From Octopus sinensis (taxonomy: Eukaryota), in NCBI RefSeq assembly GCF_006345805.1, contig NW_021835373.1, positions 1-40,615 on the forward strand: DNA of 40,615 bases, given 5' to 3'. Below are positions 37,606-40,615 of this stretch, in pieces (positions within the stretch are counted from its first letter, which is position 1; the number at the start of each line of letters is the position of its first letter). The notes beneath the pieces were generated by a model, which was not told where the DNA came from, searched no databases, and saw nothing but the letters and a program-made list of their open reading frames with translations. Both the position numbers and the translations under genes were made by a program.

Positions 37606-38050
37606 CATACATGAATAATAGCCATGAGTGGGGGTAAAGCAGAAAGTTACCCAGAATGTATAAGGCAAGGGAAAAAATGGAGAAGATAATGAATCAACGA
37701 ACTTCAGCCTACAAACATTCATTTGGATCTATTTATTAATTAATTAGTCATATTTATAAGTAAGTAAACAAATAAATAAAGGAAATTAAAAAAATACGTA
37801 AATGAATAAGAATAAATGATTGAATAATACTATAATCTAACAGCTGCTTCTACTTTGGGGGTTCCAGCTTGCCAAGGTTTATACATCGTAACAGTATTAT
37901 AAAGAGATGGTACAAAGGCTGAACAACAATTGAACCGGGCTTGGACAATAATTGAGCCGCAAAGCTTCTTCAGAGTGTCCATAATGGTAAGAATCAAACA
38001 TGTGAGGCAGTAAAATAAAATAATAAAATGATAAAAATAGTAAAAAATAT

Positions 38051-38135
38051 CCATAGGTTACGAAATTACATCTTATTGCGAAAAAAAGTCACTTCTGCAA
38101 TTAATCTCCATAGGTTATGAGAATTACATCTTATT
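38051..38135. repeat. ~27-bp direct repeat pair
   Basis: ccataggttacgaaattacatcttatt (38051) and ccataggttatgagaattacatcttatt (38108). Confidence 0.75.
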
Positions 38136-38299
38136 TCAATTTACTGGGGGATATATATAAAGGGTTAGACGTAGTGGAGTGAGGTTAGTACGATGGTGGA
38201 TATCACAGGGGTCAAAACTTAGAAACTAAAGTCTATGTAATAGGCTATCATAGAATTAACAAGGTTAACTTAATGTGAACTTATTTGGGGAAATCAATA

Positions 38300-38790
38300 T
38301 AGTAGAAGACACCTGTGTAAGATGTCATACAGTGGGACTGAAAACGTAACCATGTGGTTGGGAAGTAAGCTTCTTACCACACAGCCACGTCTGTATATCA
38401 TTTATCTTTTGTCTTGTACTTGTTTCAGTCATTCGACTGCAGCCATGTTGGGGCACCGTCTTGATGAATTTTTAGTTGAACGAATCGGCCACGGTACGGT
38501 ATATATTCTATCAGTTATTTGTGCCGAACCACTAAGTGACGGTCACGCAAACGCAAAACACCGATTGTTAAGAGTTGTGCGGAGGCGGGAACAAGCATAG
38601 GTGCAAACACATTCACGCATTCATATATCTATATGCAGTGGACTTCAGTACAGTTTCTGTGTAACAAATTTCCCCACTGGGCATAGGTCAGTTCAGAGCT
38701 AAAGTAGAAGGCACTCGACAAATGTGCAGTGCAATGAAACTGAACAAGAAGTCATATCGTTGTAATTGTCCTTCTTAAACATACAGTCAT
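38300..38790 (-). mobile_element. Two adjacent degenerate SINE family A copies
   Basis: Head fragment 38300-38390; decayed full copy ~38405-38790. Confidence 0.7.
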
Positions 38791-39150
38791 ACAAGCGTCT
38801 ATAACAAGGATTAAGATGGTCAACTCTTATTTCAATCCCCCTCTAGTGTTCTGGCTATGTACGAAAGTTGAAATTTAATTCATTCTGTATAAATAAGACG
38901 CGAAAGTTTTTCAGAATTCAGACTTTCAGGAGAGTAAATTATGCGAGAATTTTCATATCTACCAAGCCAAATAGAAACGTATAATCGGTATGTAGCGTAT
39001 ATTTGTATTGGAGAAGAGAAAGAAAGGAAATTTAATCATGAACAAGCCATCGAAGTGAGATGTATGTTTACGAAAACATATCATATTACTATTACGCATC
39101 TCAAGTGGTGAGGAATATAAACACACACACACAAAGGCATATATAAATAA

Positions 39151-39183
<33 letters not shown>

Positions 39184-39284
39184 CGTGTGTGTATATTTAC
39201 ATATATATATATGTGTGTGTGTGTACATATATATATATATTATAGTTAGATATACATACATATGTAACATATATATAATATATA

Positions 39285-39356
<72 letters not shown>

Positions 39357-40097
39357 AACACTCGCTAAAAGCATGTAAATATATATTAGTATACACATAT
39401 TTATATATATATATATGTATATATATATATACATGTATATATATATACGTATATATATATGTATGTATATATATATAGATATATATATGTATGTATATAT
39501 ATATATATGCATGCATGTATGTATGCATGCATTTATGTATATAAGTATGCACGTATTCCCGTGCAGAGTCACTTTCCTGAAAACGTTAGAATCAAAAGAA
39601 ATATGAGGAAATATAAATTTTTTTTTTTTTAAGTAACCAGAGAGAACGTGGCGAATATATGGTTTAGGAACGACAACCCCACCAGTGCGGAAATACTCCG
39701 ACATCACTGACAATCTGACAGAACGTTGACAAGTATAATTGAGTGACTTCCAATATCATTAGAAATATTTATGTGGTGACAGGGACACCGTAGGCATATA
39801 ACGGCATGAACAGAGAGAATGAATAAGTACTAATATAATTTGAGGTAAAAGAGAAGGAAAAACGTGAGGACTGAAAATTAAAAGACATGCCTCAGTGGTT
39901 AAGAAGCTTGTTTTGGAAGCACGAGGTGTACGGTTCAATCTCGATACCTGGTAAATTTTAGCTAGTCTGTTCTGCTGTATCTGCGGATGACTAATCGAGC
40001 AATACTTGAATTCGTAGATGTATATATGTGAGTGTATGCGTGTGTGTATGTATGTATGCATATATGCATATATATATATATATAATAATAATAATAA

Positions 40098-40452
40098 ATA
40101 TTAGGGAATAAATCCAAATTTACAGGGATAAAAATCAGATTTAGGATTAAATCCAATTTTATAGTAAAATATTATAAAATATTATTAGAGACAAAACCAC
40201 TATTTTGCAAAACAAACAAGGAAAGACTTAATCAATACATAAAATTTTAATAAATAGTCAAAAAAACCGCCACTACAATTGTTTCTTGTCTTGATCGACA
40301 ATCTTCAGGTGGACTTCCAATAAGTCAGTTTCAAATTATGAAGTAATTGTAGTGGCGGTTTTTTTGACTATTTATTAAAATTTTATGTATTGATTAAGTC
40401 TTTCCTTGTTTGTTTTGCAAAATAGTGGTTTTGTCTCTAATAATATTTTATA
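40098..40452 (-). mobile_element. Fold-back Penelope-like pLTR with intact hammerhead
   Basis: 108-bp inverted arms 40173-40280/40345-40452, ~75-bp tail, (TA)n flanks. Confidence 0.8.
40270..40312 (-). ncRNA. Minimal type I hammerhead ribozyme, GUA site
   Basis: Minus strand CCAC-CUGAAGA-UUGUC-GAUCAA-GACAA-GAAA-CAAUUG-UA|GUGG; all core positions and three stems intact. Confidence 0.85.
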
Positions 40453-40615
40453 TATATATATATGTACATATGATGTGATATACCTACACTTTCAGGTGCA
40501 TTTGAATTCATTATACCGTTTCCCACCCACGAGGGAGTAGCACAGAATTATAGCGAAACGATCGTTATGATAAATGAAGTTTCCTTCATACTCTGGATAT
40601 ATATATATATATATA

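Overview
AT-rich, microsatellite-saturated eukaryotic non-coding DNA. The SINE families and repeat landscape look like an Octopus (coleoid cephalopod) genome; this is recognised from memory, not from a database search. I find no supportable host gene, and almost all listed ORFs are microsatellite artefacts. The window is a mosaic of (TA)n/(CA)n/(TAA)n/(CAT)n/(GATA)n tracts, two abundant tRNA-derived SINE families, and decayed transposons: Tx1/L1, RTE (one with tandem C2H2 fingers), R4/Dong in (TAA)n, CR1-group, maT/mariner and a hAT relic. The most striking signal is a set of Penelope-like fold-back elements inserted in (TA)n. Seven share a 'single-copy tail + inverted arms' layout. Type I hammerhead ribozymes (HHRs) with minimal palindromic stem III recur: three have intact cores (15174-15264 -, 16198-16288 +, 40270-40312 -). 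The first two are an identical divergent pair with an unusually long ~60-nt stem II. Several variant or decayed HHRs lie at 10795, 21359, 24446, 33185 and possibly 2679. All base pairings were worked out by eye, and boundaries of degenerate repeats are approximate.
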